A program made the position numbers and the translations under genes. DNA of 26,925 nt, from positions 1-26,925 of the forward strand of contig JAQGDQ010001747.1 in assembly GCA_030141605.1 (NCBI GenBank). The letters are read 5' to 3'. The first letter of the stretch is position 1, and each line of letters starts with the position of its first letter. Below, piece by piece: positions 25,484 to 26,925 of the stretch. The notes under the pieces were generated by a model. The model was not told the origin of the DNA. It saw only the letters and a list, made by a program, of their open reading frames with translations, and ran no database searches. Source of the stretch: Tubiluchus corallicola. Lineage: Eukaryota > Animalia > Priapulida.

Positions 25484-26095
25484 ATATAAAATGTATATAA
25501 CCTATATAATGACATCATATATCGATGTATATAACTGATATAACATAAACACAGAATTTAGATTATTGGTCTAATATTTGTTGCCTTGTACCTCCTCTCC
25601 CTCCCCCTCCCCCTCCTAGTAAAAGGTTATTCCACCCTCTAGCCCACTATTGGCTGTCTGATTGCAATGAATGCTGTAGTGAAATACTTGACATTCACAG
25701 TGAAATTTCAAACATTGAGAAATTAGAATAATCGAATAATCCATGAAACATTAATGTGAAATTTCATCATTGTTGTTAATAATGATCACATATCGGATGT
25801 GAACATTTTAGAAACCAGTCAATGTTTTGTCAGTACAGAAAACAGGAGGTTTGTTGTAAAGCATTGTATCTGTTCTTGTAGCTAATTAGTGACTAGCTGA
25901 TTGACTAACAGACTAACTGTCTCACTGACTGATTTACTTATAACGGACTAACAAAACATTTGTTTAACCAATCGACAAATGGAAGGGCAGACAAATGGAC
26001 TGAGTGACTGACTGACTGACTGCCTGACTGACTGACTGACTGTCTGACCGACTGACCGACTGCTCGGCCGACTGACAGACAAGCTGGCTGACTGA

Positions 26096-26460
26096 TTGGT
26101 GGTGGTAGTGGTGGTAGTAATGGTGGTAGTGGTGTTGGTGGTAGTGGTGTTGTTGGTGGTGGCGGTGGTGGTGGTTGTTTTTGTGTTGGTAGTGGTGGTG
26201 GTAGTGGTGTTGTTGGTGGTGGCGGTGGCGGTGGTTGTGTTGGTATTGGTGGTGGTGGTAGTGGTGGTAGTAATGATGACAGTGGTGTTGGTGGTAGTAA
26301 TGGTGGTAGTAGCGGTGGTGGTAGTGTTGATGGTGGTAGTGGTGTTGGTGGTAGTGGTGTTGTTCGTGGTGGCGTTGGTAGTGGTGTTGTTGTTGGTGGT
26401 GGTGGTGGTGGTGGTAGTAGCGGTGGTGGTAGTGTTGGTGGTGGCGGTGGTGGTGGTGTT
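26096..26460 (+). repeat. Imperfect (GGT)n microsatellite, preceded by (GACT)n at ~25998-26095
   Basis: Seen directly; explains the poly-Pro and poly-Val ORFs 25938..26473. Confidence 0.96.
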
Positions 26461-26925
26461 GATGGCAAACTGAATTGAATCTATTAACTAACAGGGGTAA
26501 AATATATTAATAATACGTAACACGTATTATTAATAAGTCCATATTGACAATATTGATGTTGATGATGCTGACGAACGATGATGCTGATGCTGATCATTAT
26601 GATGATGATGATGATGATGATGTGCATCTTCTGATCAGTATAGCATTCTTGCTTGTTTCCTGATTTTTGTTAAATTACAACTGATAATAATATATAACGT
26701 GTGCACATCAAATTCCGTTTAAAACGTATGTAGTATATAACGTATACAGTGAATAACGTATACAGTATATAACGTAAACGATGTATAACGTATATAGTAT
26801 ATAACATAAACAGTGTGTAACGTATATAGTACATAACGTATACAGTATATAACGTATAGAGAATATAACGTATACAGCATATAACATAAACAGTATATAA
26901 CGTAAACAGTATATAACGTATACAG
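26327..26925 (-). repeat. Right arm of the long inverted repeat (runs off the window end)
   Basis: Reverse complement of 24882-25483, including the inverted 16-bp array from ~26722. Confidence 0.97.

Noticed and set aside
25938-26473. Pro/Thr-rich extensin-like ORF
   Set aside because: Translation of (GGT)n and (GACT)n microsatellites, partly within the inverted-repeat arm.

Overview
AT-rich, repeat-dense eukaryotic DNA, most likely an invertebrate animal genome; the species cannot be determined from the sequence. No prokaryotic genes, CRISPR arrays or rRNA are present. Nearly all ORFs in the supplied track are artefacts of micro- and minisatellites. The one convincing coding feature is missing from that track: a minus-strand exon (22127-22010) encoding Met plus a signal-peptide-like segment and ending in a consensus G|GTAAGT donor. 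Its start lies about 230 bp downstream of a CpG-rich cluster of CRE and E-box (CLEAR-like) motifs, so much of 1-22009 is probably intron. The rest consists of non-autonomous DNA transposon copies (Kolobok-like with TTAA ends, piggyBac-like with ATAT flanks, Tc1/mariner-like ends), a 5'-truncated LINE remnant between two ~205-bp direct repeats, a SINE-like remnant, many microsatellites and several minisatellites with dimeric higher-order structure. The most striking structure is a near-perfect inverted repeat with arms of at least 600 bp (24882-25483 and 26327-26925, running off the window). Its layout of outer 16-bp tandem array, unique inner domain and central spacer resembles a foldback transposon. 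All alignments were done by eye, so coordinates of degenerate ends are approximate.
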